DNA of 64,000 nt from Eledone cirrhosa (GCA_964016885.1 OZ024743.1:102734001-102798000); one strand, 5' to 3'. Counted from the stretch's first letter, positions 44,373 through 58,095 are shown. Notes: generated by a model not told the origin, from the letters alone. Numbers and translations are program-made.

Positions 44373-47300
44373 ATGGCCATAAGAGTAGGAAGTTTAAATG
44401 TTCGTGGCCTGGGGTCGCCCTGGAAGCAAGGTCACTTGCTCAACGACCTCAGATCACTAGGAATGGATGTAATTGCCATCAGCGAGACCAGAATTTCCGA
44501 CACACGCGCACTGGCGCCGATTTTCGACGATTATCAGATCTTTGCATCTGTTAGTCGGCCGGGAATGGGAGGTGGAGTGGCTGTGCTGTTTAGGAAATGT
44601 CTGGATCTCGAGGTAAGGTCAATCTTCCGGGATCCTGACGGAAAGTTGGTGGTCCTGGACGTGAGCAATAGCGAAGGTGGTGCCTTTAGACTGGTGGCCG
44701 TCTACGCCCCTACTGGGGCCGGTCGGCCGGACTTCTTTAGGCGCCTGGAAAACTTTCTGCTTACGTCTCGCCCTTTACTGTTAATAGGGGATTGGAATGG
44801 CATCTTAGAAGCACGCTGGGATTGTGTGGGAGTATCTGATAGGAGCGGGGGGTGCAAAAGCCTCAAGTACCTGATCAGCCAGTTTCAACTGTCTGACAGG
44901 TACCGACTAGATTTCCCTAATGCGCCAGTATGGACCTGGACCAATCGCATAGGGTCATCTAGATCGTACATAGATAGGATTTTCATTAGGAAAAGAGATA
45001 GAAATAGTGTAGGATGTCCACATTTTAAAACGGTTGCCTATTCAGATCACAAGCTTGTGATCTGTATGGTCGACCTAGATAAGACACGTAGGTTAGGACC
45101 TAGCTACTGGAAGCTAAACATGTCGTTTCCGGCACGTAAAGCTTACAGGGACCGGGTCAACAACTTAGTTAAGCAAAAGTTGACAGGGGGGGTTGTCAAC
45201 AACAGGTGGTGGGGGGCACTCAAAAGAGAGATTAGAGCAACCTCGATAGGATTTAGCAAAGAAGTAGCAATAGAGAAAAATAGAAAGGAGGAGGGGCTGA
45301 TAGCTAAGTTAGACGAGGCTATTTGTAGTGGCATTGCAACAGACGTGCTAGCGGCGAGAATGGCACTAGACCATTTCTTCAATGCGAAACACGAAGGTTG
45401 CATTGTCAGAGCTAAGGCGCGTGCTCTGAGGAACGAGGGAAGCAAAGCTGCCCGATGGGCTCGCTTTGCAGAGACGCAGCGTGGAAATAAAACCACAATT
45501 CGGTCTTTGACGGATCGAGATGGACACGAACTGAGCGATTCCAAGCAGATGTGTGAGGCCTTTCGCCAGCACTTTGCTCGATTGTTCGGGAGGATGGGTG
45601 AGTCGGAGACGGCGGCGGACTTCAGTCCCTACCTCGACGGCTTGCCACGCCTCTCGACGGCCGACGCTGAGCGCTGCGAAGAGCCGATAACATCAGCCGA
45701 AATTCAGGACGCCCTTGTCGGCTGCTCGAGTCGCAAGTCACCCGGTTTGGATGGTCTGCCCTACGAGCTTTACGTAAATATGCCAGACTTGTTCTCCGAT
45801 CTCCTCGAAGCGCTCTACTGCAACTGGCAGCAGAACGGGAGCATTCCCAGTTCTGTGAGCCGTGGCGTAGTGACGCTGATAAGGAAAGACGAGAACAAGA
45901 GGGACACACTAGATAATTTCAGGCCCATAACCCTGCTCAACACAGAGTTTAAGATTTTGGCCAAGGTGTTAGCGAAAAGGTTGGCGCTTGTCGTCAAAGA
46001 TTTGGTTGGGGAGGCGCAAACTTGCGCAATCCCGACCAGGTCCATACACGACAACCTCCACCTCATGCGATACATCATAGAGAGGGTTGGGTGCAAACCT
46101 GGCTTCGGTGGGGCTCTGATCAATTTAGATCAATCGAAAGCATTCGATAGGGTCGACCATCGGTACTTGGAGGCTGTCCTCGAGGCGGCTGGCTTCGGCC
46201 CCGTCTTCAGAAGCTGGATCGCTGCAATGTACAGCGGCATCCGCTCGGTGGTCAAAGTTAATGGCCACCTCTCGGAACCGTTTCAGATCTCTCGATCGGT
46301 CCGTCAAGGGTGCCCTCTCTCCTCACTTCTGTACGTATTGACTCTTGAGCCTCTACTGCGGAAGCTGGAGTTGTTGCAGGGCATCCCGCTCGAACCGGGA
46401 CGTAGAAAGGCTGCGTCCGCTTATGCGGACGACATCACCGTGATGGTGTCGGACACCTCGGAAATCGAGGTGATCCGCACCCATTTGGAGGAATATGAAA
46501 GGTTGACGGGAGCAAAACTTAACCCGGAAAAGTCGGTGGGCTTGCAGCTCGGCACCTGGAGAGGCAAGTCCATGCCGTCCAACAGCGTCGTTGGGCGCTG
46601 GACAGACGGACCGGTAAAGTTGCTCGGGGTTTGGTTCGGACCAGACCTCCAGGTGGATAAGAATTGGGACGAGGTGACGAGCAGGATAGCCAACCTCACC
46701 CAGAAATGGGCTGAGAGAAAGCTATCACTGAAAGGGCGGGCGGAGGTGGCGAACGCGTACATCGCGTCCGTCATCTACTACCGCCTGACCGTCGTGCCTT
46801 GCCCCCGTCCACGCCTCGCCAATTTGGAACGGCTCCTTTTCAAATTTTTGTGGAGGGGACGGGTCCCGTTGGTGAGGCGGTCCATCTGCTGCCAGCACCC
46901 TCTTCGTGGAGGGCTGGGCATGCCGTGGCTAATGATGCGCAGACATGCGCTGAGGCTGCGACATCTCCAGATATTTTGCCTAAACGGTGAACAGGTGTGG
47001 TCGCCGTTTGTTAGACGGGCCTTTCCGCAGCTCATCTCTTTGACTGAGCTGCAGTCCTGGGTCAAGAAGAGACCGAGACTGGGCGACTGGCATCTGGAAT
47101 GTTGCCAGGCGCTCACTGCACTCTGCAAGGTGGGCAATGCGGTCAGTGGAACTTCCACTCAAGATTTCTATAGAGGATTAGTGGAGGGCAAGTGCGATGA
47201 CGTACTAGGAGAGGCTCTGGGCGTCAACGAAGTAGAACTGACCAGTATGTTCCGGAGGACTTTCGAGCCGGGGACGATGGATAACTTCCAGAAATCCCTC

Positions 47301-47792
47301 GCTTGGCAGTGCTACCGGGGGGCGCTGCCGGTTCGGGATAAACTCTACAGGCACGGAAGTGCTGTCAGACGAACCTGCCCGAGATGCGCGCAGAGCGACG
47401 AAACCGTTCTGCACGCACTCGTCCAGTGTCCGTGCATTGCTGACTTGTGGGGTTATGTCGAACAGCTATTGTCGCGTGTAGAACGGATCCGGCTATCGTC
47501 CGAGTCCATAGTGAAGATTGACCCGCCGCCTTCTTTTGGTCAGGAAGGGCAGGCAATTTTCCTCTGCCTGGTGGCAGTAGCGAAAGAGGTTGCATGGTGG
47601 ACCAGGTTGAAAGGACTGAAGACAGACACTTTTCTCTTCGGCCAATCCCTCATCAACTTCTTCAAGTTTCACTTGGAAAGGAAGGTGAGGGTGGAGAGAG
47701 AAGTGCTGCCCCCCAGTACATTTACTGAAAGGTGGGTGAATGTGGCGAGAATGGCCCGCGTGAGTGGGCCTACTCTGATCATGCGCCTGTAG
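44373..47792 (+). CDS. LINE ORF2: APE endonuclease, reverse transcriptase and C-terminal zinc finger
   Basis: Uninterrupted 1139 aa with SLNVRGL, ISET, VYAP, GDWN, YIDRIF, SDH; KSPGLDG, FRPITLLN, DQSKAFDRVDH, VRQGCPLS, YADD; CPRC..ETVLHALVQC. Confidence 0.97.
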   Translation: MAIRVGSLNVRGLGSPWKQGHLLNDLRSLGMDVIAISETRISDTRALAPIFDDYQIFASVSRPGMGGGVAVLFRKCLDLEVRSIFRDPDGKLVVLDVSNSEGGAFRLVAVYAPTGAGRPDFFRRLENFLLTSRPLLLIGDWNGILEARWDCVGVSDRSGGCKSLKYLISQFQLSDRYRLDFPNAPVWTWTNRIGSSRSYIDRIFIRKRDRNSVGCPHFKTVAYSDHKLVICMVDLDKTRRLGPSYWKLNMSFPARKAYRDRVNNLVKQKLTGGVVNNRWWGALKREIRATSIGFSKEVAIEKNRKEEGLIAKLDEAICSGIATDVLAARMALDHFFNAKHEGCIVRAKARALRNEGSKAARWARFAETQRGNKTTIRSLTDRDGHELSDSKQMCEAFRQHFARLFGRMGESETAADFSPYLDGLPRLSTADAERCEEPITSAEIQDALVGCSSRKSPGLDGLPYELYVNMPDLFSDLLEALYCNWQQNGSIPSSVSRGVVTLIRKDENKRDTLDNFRPITLLNTEFKILAKVLAKRLALVVKDLVGEAQTCAIPTRSIHDNLHLMRYIIERVGCKPGFGGALINLDQSKAFDRVDHRYLEAVLEAAGFGPVFRSWIAAMYSGIRSVVKVNGHLSEPFQISRSVRQGCPLSSLLYVLTLEPLLRKLELLQGIPLEPGRRKAASAYADDITVMVSDTSEIEVIRTHLEEYERLTGAKLNPEKSVGLQLGTWRGKSMPSNSVVGRWTDGPVKLLGVWFGPDLQVDKNWDEVTSRIANLTQKWAERKLSLKGRAEVANAYIASVIYYRLTVVPCPRPRLANLERLLFKFLWRGRVPLVRRSICCQHPLRGGLGMPWLMMRRHALRLRHLQIFCLNGEQVWSPFVRRAFPQLISLTELQSWVKKRPRLGDWHLECCQALTALCKVGNAVSGTSTQDFYRGLVEGKCDDVLGEALGVNEVELTSMFRRTFEPGTMDNFQKSLAWQCYRGALPVRDKLYRHGSAVRRTCPRCAQSDETVLHALVQCPCIADLWGYVEQLLSRVERIRLSSESIVKIDPPPSFGQEGQAIFLCLVAVAKEVAWWTRLKGLKTDTFLFGQSLINFFKFHLERKVRVEREVLPPSTFTERWVNVARMARVSGPTLIMRL

Positions 47793-48043
47793 GCTGGTGA
47801 ATTCGAGAAGGAGAGGGGTGCCCTTCCCGGGTGCCCTAGGAGCGTCGGGTGGCTCAGGACTGGTGGGGTGCTTGAGTCAACCCTGGGTGGTGATCCCTCT
47901 TATTGGGGAACTTTCATTGTTGTATTTTTATTGTTATTTTGTTTTTTTGTTATTTATACTTACTCGATCTCTATGTAAACCCCCACTGTCCCTGTCTATT
48001 GTGTTGTCCCCTATATGTCGGCCCTTGTGGCCAATAAATGAAA

Positions 48044-48102
<59 letters not shown>

Positions 48103-49018
48103 GTTCTTTGAGTCTCAGTCATTGATGTTGGTTAATTGGAAAGTTTGTTGAAATGAATATCAAGCCGCTACATGCAGCCTCAAATATTCAGGACGTATCG
48201 GAGGGTTCTTGCTGTTCCCAGCAAGCATGCCTTTTGAAGTGTTCCAAAAAGCGCGGCTGGACTAATCTTCTTTAACCATCCCTGGAAACTCCTTGAGATA
48301 GTACCTAGTGCGCCTCTGACAATCGGGACCACTTTGACTTCATGGCAGTTAGAAATCCGTTTTACCACCCACTTTAAGTCCTGATATCGGTTAATTTTCT
48401 CCCTCTCCTTCTCTTGCACTCTCGTGTCGAATGGGCAGGCTACATCCACAATCAGGCACGATCTTTTTTCCTTGTCCAAAACCACCAGGTCAGGTCAGGT
48501 TTATTGTGTTCCAGTTTCTTGTCCGTCTGTATCCTAAAATCACATTGCACCTTCACCTGATCGTTTTCTATCACCGACTCTGGCTTATGCTCATACCACT
48601 TCTCAGAATGTGGTAAATTGTTTACTTTGCATAGGTGCCAGTGGATCACCCAGCCCAACACATCATGTCTCTAGCCTTTATAGTGAGTCTGGGCTAGGTG
48701 TTTACACTCGGATACAATGTGAGCCACAGTCTCCTCTCTCTCTCTCCACAGATCCTGCACAGTGGGCTAGCCTCCTCCTTGTAAATATGGTGTTTCAGCC
48801 ACTTCGTTTTGAGGGCCTGCTCTGGCGCAGCCATTAGCATTCCTTCTGTAGCATTTTTAAGGTCTCCTCTTTTCAACCAGTTCCATGTCTGTGGATCTCT
48901 GAATTCCGTTTTCTCAAAGAAGGTACTATGAAGGGATTTTTCATGAAGGCTGCTCTTTCTCCTTGTTGTTATTTCCTCCTTGGACATCCCCTGGTCTATT
49001 GTCCTCTCCTTCAGTACA
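48103..49018 (-). mobile_element. 5'-truncated R4/Dong-like LINE (restriction-like endonuclease) embedded in (AAT)n
   Basis: TEGMLMAAPEQAL, CRICGERE, RHD, HNKPDL..IVDVACPFD..KEREKINRYQDL..PIVRGALG, frameshifted. (ATT)n lies on both sides. Confidence 0.85.
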
Positions 49019-49069
<51 letters not shown>

Positions 49070-49070
<1 letters not shown>

Positions 49071-49385
49071 GGGCGGTGGATTGGCAGTATCGATAGAGGG
49101 TCGGACGCCATGCTTACCAGCATAGAGTTACGTCCCTTTCCGGACTGAGTTCAAATCCCTCCAAGGATGATGGATTGGCAGTATCAATAGAGTGTCTGAC
49201 AACATGCTTTGTGGCGTAGAGTTACAGCCCTTTACGTTTTGTTTTCACATCCTGCCGAGGTTAGCTTTGCCTTTCATTCTTACGGAGTCAATAAATCAAA
49301 GTACCAATAAGGGACATGGTCGATTTTATCGACTTTTCTCTTCCCTTCTAATTGTTGGCTGTGTGCCAAATGTAGAAATAATAAT
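49070..49385 (+). mobile_element. Tandem SINE (head plus full copy)
   Basis: Two ggattggcagtatc heads, directly after (ATT)n. Confidence 0.75.
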
Positions 49386-50201
49386 TATTATAACAATTAT
49401 CGTAAATGTTTCTTAGTCTCCTGTAGACAATGTTCGAATATTTAATCTAAAATATATCTCTCTTATCGTAATAGACTCTTATGTCGCCTACGTACTGAGG
49501 CAAGCTACTTAACATCTTTTTTTTTTTTTGCTGCAGTAAAAATATCATACTAAAATTTTATAAAATATACATTAATTCATTTTATATGTTATTATTGATA
49601 AATATTGCAAACATTGTATGCACGCCAATATACCTGGAAAATATTGGCTTAGTATTCCATTGGTCTACTTACATCCTTACTCACTGAGATGAAAAGCTTA
49701 TTGAAAAACATGGTGAAAAGATATGGAATGATAACTGCAGATAAATCGACGTTCACAGAAATGTGAACAGATAATGTTAAAGTAATAGAGCAAATATTCG
49801 TTTTGGCATTCTGAATAATAGTAGCTAGTCTGACTTGTAAAGAATTCGTTAAATATATCTCATTCAATGATGGCTGTTGATATATTTATTTATTTTTTCA
49901 AATCTTTCAGCAGAGTAAAGTGGCTATTAAAAACCTGCAAAGTCGTATCAAATAAAGCCATGTCAAAGGGTCTATTGATTCGTCTATTGCAACCACTAAA
50001 TAGTATGCAATGTCTCCTTCTGTCTCTAGTGTCCATTCGAATTATTTGAATTATCAATCATCAGTGTGTTTAATCATGTTAATATATACATTATATATGT
50101 GTGTGTGTGTATTAATATAAATATATATATATATATAATATATATATATATTAAGATATATATATGCATGTATATATAAATGTATATATATGTATATATA
50201 T

Positions 50202-50276
<75 letters not shown>

Positions 50277-50397
50277 CACATATGTATGCATACATACGTA
50301 CATACATACATATATACATACATAGATATATAGATATATATATAATTATTATTATATGTGAGAAAGTTGTGGACGTTAGAAATTAATATATATATAA

Positions 50398-50428
<31 letters not shown>

Positions 50429-50478
50429 CATGTATAGCTACATACATATATATATATGTATGTGTGTATATATATATG

Positions 50479-50559
<81 letters not shown>

Positions 50560-50586
50560 ATATGTATATATATATATATATATACA

Positions 50587-50637
<51 letters not shown>

Positions 50638-50640
50638 GTT

Positions 50641-50682
<42 letters not shown>

Positions 50683-50802
50683 TGTATATATATATATACA
50701 CATATATGTATACATATATATATATATACACATATGTATATATATATATATTTATATATATATATATACATACATAGATGTATATATATAAACACATATA
50801 TG

Positions 50803-50835
<33 letters not shown>

Positions 50836-50854
50836 ATACACACACATATATGTA

Positions 50855-50885
<31 letters not shown>

Positions 50886-50950
50886 ATATACACATATATG
50901 TATATTTTTATACATATATATATATATATATACATATATAATATATATAT

Positions 50951-50984
<34 letters not shown>

Positions 50985-51063
50985 ATATATAATATATATG
51001 TATATATATATATACATATATATGTGTGTATATATATATATATAATATATATATATATATATA

Positions 51064-51096
<33 letters not shown>

Positions 51097-51121
51097 GCAT
51101 ATATGTGTGTATACATATATA

Positions 51122-51191
<70 letters not shown>

Positions 51192-51587
51192 ATTTGGTTA
51201 CTATGTATGATTATCACATAACCTCCTCATCCGAATAATTATCCTGTAACATTAAGTTTCCCGCAGAATGATCAATCCATTCAACTGAAGTCACGAAACG
51301 AGTTTGGTGACGAGCTGTCGGCATTCAAATTAGAAAATGTTTGAATGTGTGATGCAGAATGGCGTGCGTTAATTTTCCCAGAATGTGATTCATATGAAGC
51401 CGATTCACTATACTGAAGTATAAATAGTTATATCAAATGCAAAAGGTGAACTTTCCAGTAAACATTGCTTTTATTTTGTTGTATAATTCATTTTTAAATT
51501 AATAACATTGAAATGTCTCCATAAACTAAAATCGAATTTATTAGAAAATATTTGATAACATTTATTTATAAACTCAAAATCTAACAC

Positions 51588-52873
<1,286 letters not shown>

Positions 52874-52875
52874 TA

Positions 52876-54175
52876 CTAGCTGAATGACCCGGCGTTGCCC
52901 GGGTTACTGCTATTTTTATTCCGATTAGGAAACAATAAATATGAAAAAATTTTTTTTCTCATATTCACTTTACATAAAATATGTCAAAGTTGTAATGATA
53001 ATAGAATTGTGACCAACCGAGCACGGCGGGCTGTGTGATGTTCTGCGGCACGGGAGGCGGCGGTGGATACAGCATTCTGGGACCTTCGGATGGCTGTCTG
53101 TATCTCGGTCTGGGATGCTCTGGCAGCTGCGGTGGAGGCGGAGCCTTGGACCTTCGGATGGCTGTCTCCTGGTCGGTTTCTGCGGCACGGGAAAGCGAGG
53201 TCACAAAATGTAATGCAGTGAGAGTGAAGCACACGTCTACACAGTAGCCTAACCAAGTAGCAAGTGTAGCGTTTGAAAACCAAAGCTTTGCAGGCCACTC
53301 AAATCAACGATAAGAGTCTGCAGAATTTTTTGATAGCAGTCTTGCCAAAACAGAATAAAAGCTGCCACCTCCAGCCGTCCATGAAATTTTTTTGTTGATT
53401 TAAGGCGAAAATTTGTCCACTTCTCGACCGAAAGAAAGCAAAAACTGACTCAATTGGTGCCAGGTGGTCAGAACTGGCAGGAACTGGTTTGTGTCACGTG
53501 AAGCTGTAACTATAGCAACAGTGGTTCCCTCGGTCTCAAAGACCAAAGTAAGTGGAGAGGGGAAGGTAATGTTACTGTAGCACCAACAACGTCTCTCTCT
53601 ATATTCGTCGCTCAATAAAGAAGGAGGAGGGGGAAGGTAACGTTACTAATGCAACAGTGGTTCGCTCACTGACCAAAGTGGAGAGGGGAATGTAATATTT
53701 CTGTGACACCCAAAACTTCTCTCTCTATCTTCCTCTCTCTCTAAAGAAGTGGGAAGGGGAAGGTAATGTTACTATAAGACCTGTTATTCCTGTCTCTCTA
53801 TATACGAAGTGGAGATTCGACCTCGAGCTTCACTCTCGACCGAATTTCGAAATGATTCGAGCACGTCAACAAAATTTAAACTCTTTTCTACCCATATTAG
53901 CAAAATACCGGGGCAAAAAACTCAAAAGGAAAAATTTTTCACGCATGCATAAAATGCAACCACATCTCCCGATTTCACCCAAAATAGACAAAAAAGTGGA
54001 TTGCGGGCCCCTGGGGGGACCTTTCAAAAGACAGTAGCCTAAGCAATGTAAAGGGTCATGAGGAGTGATGTATGCAAATTTGAGCGAGATCGGGCGAGCG
54101 GTGTAGACGCCAACCTCGAATAATGTAGCATCCGCACACACACAGACAAACACACATCCTCTGTTTTATATATAT
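52876..54175 (-). mobile_element. Non-autonomous Helitron with internal tandem repeats
   Basis: Similar 5' motif atataaaacagaggatgtg, 3' hairpin cccgggcaacgccggg followed by CTAG, and internal repeats at 53040-53190 and 53550-53775. Confidence 0.72.
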
Positions 54176-54238
54176 ATATATATAAAGCGATGAAATACCA
54201 ATGATGGTTGGAAGATCACTGATGAAGGACTAACTTTA

Positions 54239-54304
<66 letters not shown>

Positions 54305-54546
54305 CATAACTGTTTCTACAGTTGGCACAAGGCCAGCAATTACCCAGTGCATTACTGGTACTTTATTTACCGGTAATGCACTGGGTAATATATATATATA
54401 TAATGATCAAAAGTTTAAGAAGGTTCATTGATTAATCAATGAATAAAGTTTTACAATAGATTAGAAGCAATCGACCGGGAGGTTTTCTGGATTTATTAAT
54501 ATTACTTCAAAATATTAATAAATATAGACATTCATGTGATCAAATA

Positions 54547-54612
54547 TATTTTATTATACATATTTCAGAGGTACTGAGCTATTTCATCAGTACGTCTTCA
54601 TCAGATAAAATA
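54547..54612 (-). ncRNA. Minimal type-I hammerhead ribozyme (family B)
   Basis: Minus strand reads tattttat-CTGATGA-agacgtactga...tcagtacctct-GAAA-tatgta-TA-ataaaata. Perfect 8-bp stem I. Lies inside the inverted repeat 54499-54548 / 54670-54718. Confidence 0.85.
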
Positions 54613-54712
54613 AATTGATGTCTGACATACCTCAACTGTGCTGATGGTTCAATTCCAGTCTTGGCAGTCATATTTGATCACGTGAATGTCTATATCTATT
54701 AATATTTTGAAG

Positions 54713-54766
<54 letters not shown>

Positions 54767-55745
54767 CCAACTCATGCTAACAGGGAAAGAGTACATTTAA
54801 AACAACAACCTGCAAAATTTTATATAGACTTTAGTCTATTTCCATGCCAGTATGGATTGAATGTGTGTCACTGATGAAAGATTAACAAATCTTGAAACAA
54901 CACTGTCTGGCATCCTTGAGTGGACTGGCAACTCTGTTATATATTATTAGAGGAAAATAGAGACAAATAAATTGCTTTGTTACGAAAAATAATTTTCTTT
55001 GATAGCATGTCTACTAAAATGAACATGTTTTCATCTGCACCCTTATAGGGCTTAAAAACGTAAGATAGAAATCTGATTTTATTTTATTGCTCTCTCTCCC
55101 TCTCTTTGTCTTGTTCTATCTCTCCTCTCTCTCTTACTTGTTGTCTCTCTCTACCACTTCTACTCAATGAATTCCTATACAAGGTTCTCTTATTCGAATG
55201 TTTACTTTCAACTACTCCCAGTATGTGAGTGGCCAGAAGTAAATAAAAGTTTAAGAAACTTGTTGAAACTATAAAACGTATGAAATGGTAAAAATGCATT
55301 ACATAATGGAGTTGTGAAACAAAAACTATATTTTAAACGACACTTAAAACATTTTAGACATCAAAATATTAAAACTTCATAAATATATTTAATGCTGATG
55401 AGTATTTCAAAACCACACCATCTAAATATAATGTATTGATTAGCTACCTCAGCTTATAAACGGGTTTTCGATTTTTGTCCATTTCTCAGGCATAAAATAG
55501 GAGTTTAGATTATATTTAGATCAGTTGATATTTGAGTATATATGGTAATGTCTCTGTTATGTCTAATTTAAGGAAAAGAGAAAAAGATAAAGAGGATAAC
55601 AAAATATTATCAAATTCTGGATATCACTATATATGATTACCACATTGCTCTAGATTCAGCAACCCTAGAAAAAAGAAAAAGATGTACCATTATATTAATG
55701 ACTTTCTGTTTCTATTTCAAATGACATAAACTCATTAAGCTCGAA

Positions 55746-55825
<80 letters not shown>

Positions 55826-55859
55826 AAGAAATTAAAAGATGATTAAAAAAAGTTCCATA

Positions 55860-55929
55860 TATTTTATTATGCGCATTTCGAAAAGAACATCATCCTGGGA
55901 CAAAAATTGTGTTCTCATCAGATAAAATA
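55860..55929 (-). ncRNA. Minimal type-I hammerhead ribozyme
   Basis: Minus strand reads tattttat-CTGATGA-gaaca...tgttcttttc-GAAA-tgcgca-TA-ataaaata. Palindromic stem III. Confidence 0.8.
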
Positions 55930-56339
55930 AGGTAACATGATATGAGGCCTAAAAAATACTTGTCAACAGGAAAGTACAAAGTCTACATATGACAGAAATA
56001 TAAGAGTAAGAAAGAGATAGGAAAATAGAAGAAAAGGAAAGAAGAAGTAGAAAAGAGGAAAAAGAAAGTGAAGAGAGGAAAAAAAGGAAAAAAAGGAAAA
56101 AAAGGAAAAGAGAAAGAAGGAAGAGAGAGAAAGAGAAAGAGAGAGAGAGAGAGACTTATGATCAGGAACGCTGTCAAAATGAAACAAGCTGTAAATAACG
56201 GTTAAAAAATAAATTGATGAGGTGTATGTGCGATAAAATAAAGAGGTCGATAAAATAAAGTACCAGTAATGCACTGATAATTGCTGGCCTTGTGCCAAAA
56301 CGTAGAAACAATTATAGATGGTATTCAAATATTAGAGGT

Positions 56340-56509
56340 CTAAATTATACTACTTAGACACACTGGAAGAGGAAGACAAAGGTTAACGAATATTGATGCC
56401 CTAAGGACAGACACTGGTCTGTTGGAGACGCAGGAGATGGCAGCGATAATGAGGAACAGAGACCGCTGGAGAGAACTCGTCCATGGATCTCGAGAATTTT
56501 ACCCGCCCT

Positions 56510-56510
<1 letters not shown>
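56340..56510 (+). mobile_element. RTE-X-like LINE 3' fragment
   Basis: GRGRQRLTNIDALRTDTGLLETQEMAAIMRNRDRWRELV. Confidence 0.6.
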
Positions 56511-56586
<76 letters not shown>

Positions 56587-56592
<6 letters not shown>

Positions 56593-56676
56593 TAACAGAT
56601 TAAAGTTTAAGCAAAGAATCGCTGCTTAACGGTGAAAGCAGTGATTCTTTGCTTAAACTTTAATCTGTTATATTAA
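56587..56676. repeat. 90-bp palindrome of the 18478-family terminus
   Basis: ataacagattaaagtttaagcaaagaatcgctgctt pairs with aagcagtgattctttgcttaaactttaatctgttat. Confidence 0.85.
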
Positions 56677-57066
56677 TAAATATTATAGTATCTACTTATT
56701 CTGACAAGAATCGAAATATCTAATCGTCTGCAAGTGGTGGAAATTTGTTAACGTCTGCGTGTCCCATAAAATAGAAATAACTCGTCTCTCATCTCTATTT
56801 ATACATTTGAACTGAAAAATCAATACTTTAGGAATTCGATTTTTGCACTTGGCGTGGGTCGATTTGAAACTTTTTTGATCGATGTCTTCGCCAGACCTTC
56901 ATCTATAAGTGTAGCAATTTTCACCGAAATTTGAGCGTACGGTTTAAAAGGAGATGTGTGCCGACCGCTTTAGTAGACAGACAGACAGACAACATCAGTT
57001 TTATATATGTAGATATATATCACAGAAAAAAACAGAATCAGTGTTGCGACGAACGGAATTTGTTGG

Positions 57067-57160
57067 ACATATTACAATCGTTTCTCTAGCGACCTGCTCG
57101 AGGCACGATCGATGTGATGATCGAACTTGACTCTGAAAATCGCAAGTTCCTCAGATACGT
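57067..57160 (-). ncRNA. Type-I hammerhead ribozyme with extended (about 63 nt) stem II
   Basis: Minus strand reads acgtat-CTGAGGA-acttgcgat...ggtcgctaga-GAAA-cgattg-TA-atatgt. Stem I is 6 bp. Confidence 0.7.
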
Positions 57161-57207
57161 CTTGATTCTACGAAGCCGATTTTCTTATCAATTATATATA
57201 TATATAT

Positions 57208-57277
<70 letters not shown>

Positions 57278-57419
57278 CCGTGTACGTACGTATGTGTGTA
57301 TATTACATAAGATACTTGATATAAGAAGTTATAGCTATTCATTTTTGTTTTCTTGATTAAAAATCCAATTTCATTTTGTTTTTCGAAATGAAATGTCAAG
57401 TTTTCACAGACCGTCATGT

Positions 57420-58095
57420 CCGTTTAGGAATATATCCCAAGAATTTTTATTCCAAATCGCTTTTGGATAATACTAGAATTGACCATTAAATAGTAGTTTA
57501 CTTCTATAAGAACATTGAGCCATTGGATACGATATCCGAAAACAAGTAGAAAAATCCATAGTTTATATAATATCCTCTTTACACTTCGAATATGTTCTCT
57601 ACGGATTTTTGTTTTCCATTGGTCTATTATGCTATCAGCTTTCAAAATCCCAGATATTTATATCCATTATCTATGTCAATCTCTCGGATGTTCTCCCTGC
57701 TTGGTAAATTCATCCAATCACTTTTATTTATCTTTACATCCCATCATCGCAAGGATTTTACGTTTGGAAATGGGAAACACTATTTTGATATCCTTACTAA
57801 ATACACTCTCTACGTCTTGCGATATAGTCTTAGGTTATGCATAGATAGCCAATGTTTGAATCTCTTATAATTTTGCCCAAGCTATATTCAGCATTTGTGT
57901 CTCTCAACTCTAATGAAAGTAAGATTAGGGCAAAGACGAACCCATTAAAATCCCACAATTTATTTCTACTCCTCAAAATGAGTGTCTCCTTGCTGTTAGT
58001 TTTTCTATTACACATCGTCCTGCTTACTTTTATCAGTTTATCAATGGTGTCTGCAACGTTAGTATCATCCAATTTCTTGTAATCGATCAACACCA
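57420..58095 (-). mobile_element. Decayed R4/Dong-like RT fragment
   Basis: GYKYLGF/LKADSII..KIRREHIRSVKRILYKL motif with many disruptions. Confidence 0.55.

Larger units (their letters stand above)
42480..48045 (+). mobile_element. Near full-length L1/Tx1-clade non-LTR retrotransposon
   Basis: GC-rich block with ORF1, ORF2 and a 3' UTR of about 250 bp ending AATAAAtgaaatc followed by (ATT)n. The 5' boundary is uncertain because it lies near the gap. Confidence 0.93.

Noticed and set aside
42470-47595. Multiple antisense ORFs over the LINE
   Set aside because: Expected shadow ORFs of GC-rich coding sequence.
50054-51192. Long YI/CV/HT-repeat ORFs here and throughout the window
   Set aside because: They are translations of (TA)n and (CA)n microsatellites, which lack stop codons.
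53500-53780. Repeat-spacer pattern resembling a CRISPR array
   Set aside because: The units are irregular and mutually similar tandem repeats inside a eukaryotic Helitron, with no cas genes.
54185-54240. GAAA...CTGATGA as a type-II hammerhead
   Set aside because: I could not build stem III with NUH or a stem I in any copy.
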